Shown piece after piece: positions 63,601 to 64,000 of a stretch of DNA of 64,000 bases. Numbering within the stretch: position 1 is the stretch's first letter; the number at the start of each line of letters is the position of its first letter. The translations under genes were made by a program, and so were the position numbers. The stretch spans positions 11,346,001-11,410,000 of the forward strand of contig OZ281494.1 of the NCBI GenBank assembly GCA_965637545.1, read 5' to 3'. Under the pieces are notes generated by a model. That model ran no database searches. It had not been told where the DNA came from and saw only the letters and a program-made list of their open reading frames with translations. The DNA is from Phallusia mammillata. Its lineage: Eukaryota.

Positions 63601-63758
63601 ATCTCCAAGGTCACAGGAAAGAGTTTTGCTGACTGAGGACAATGCTGAGGAACAAACATCTGTTGTAAAGTTTTTCATAAAAGTCAGTGTGATTCCAGTT
63701 CCACCCAGAGAGAAACGCATACTTTGGGATCAGTTCCATAATCTCAGATACCCACCAG
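57657..63758 (+). CDS. MBTPS1: Site-1 protease / SKI-1 (subtilase), first 7 coding exons; continues beyond the window
   Basis: Exons 57657-58076, 58195-58443, 60131-60394, 60686-60869, 61179-61576, 63000-63218, 63476-63758. Catalytic [26 protein letters not shown]; oxyanion [11 protein letters not shown]; [14 protein letters not shown]; [16 protein letters not shown]; [15 protein letters not shown]. Confidence 0.97.
58562..60002. mobile_element. Non-autonomous Helitron/Helentron (HINE-like) repeat, copy 1, in MBTPS1 intron 2
   Basis: Terminal hairpin GTCCCCTT-CCCTG-AAGGGGAC, subterminal inverted ATATTGTTTTTGT / ACAAAAACAAT, internal ~163-bp tandem duplication, far end CTAG|T; homologous to 61604-62753. 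Confidence 0.65.
61604..62753. mobile_element. Helitron/Helentron-like repeat, copy 2, in MBTPS1 intron 5
   Basis: Same hairpin and ends as copy 1, ~300-bp internal tandem duplication, lacks the ~59090-59815 segment of copy 1. Confidence 0.65.
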
Positions 63759-63847
63759 GTAAAACAGCTCTTGAAAATAGTGCTTAAGAGTATTTGTGAA
63801 CAGACAAAATTTTTGATGCACTTTGTACAAGATAATCAATTTGACGG

Positions 63848-64000
63848 TAGGGATGTTCAAAGTAGAATAACGAATCCTTTGGATTCGAATCCAGCTAGAT
63901 TCGAATCCATTTTTGCCGTTTATATCGGGTAATTGGAACCGATATAAATGTGTGCTCTCGTCGTTGGCAAAAATGTAAACACATGAGTTACGCTTTTACG
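63848..64000 (+). mobile_element. Probable left end of a hAT-type MITE
   Basis: Starts TAGGGATG followed by repeated GGATTCGAATCC palindromes; the other end is outside the window. Confidence 0.4.

Overview
Eukaryotic genomic DNA, most likely an ascidian tunicate. This is inferred from a connexin (chordate-restricted) split over 9 coding exons, many 60-90 nt introns, and a CpG-rich/CpG-poor mosaic; the species cannot be named from sequence alone. Manual splicing gives five well-supported protein genes: a 13-exon ADAMTS protease (+, 4705-15618), a connexin (+, 30495-35430), CRNKL1/crooked neck (+, 37604-46317), an RCOR/CoREST homolog (-, 48896-46665) and the 5' part of MBTPS1/site-1 protease (+, from 57657, runs off the window). 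A sixth, uncertain spliced gene appears to join a PAH-like domain to a death-fold domain (~22.0-23.9 kb). CRNKL1 introns contain an antisense tRNA-Sec gene with its external Pol III promoter, an intron-containing tRNA-Tyr, an AT-AC U12 intron and a tandemly duplicated intron forming an AG|GT junction. The RCOR-MBTPS1 interval is a nested transposon island: a 3.1-kb element with perfect 37-bp TIRs and 9-bp TSD, and a 4.2-kb element with palindromic 22-bp subterminal arrays, a PHD-finger relic and an inserted RTE-like LINE. Several hAT MITEs and Helitron/Helentron-like repeats are scattered through the window. All exon calls, counts and domain matches were made by eye, without database searches.
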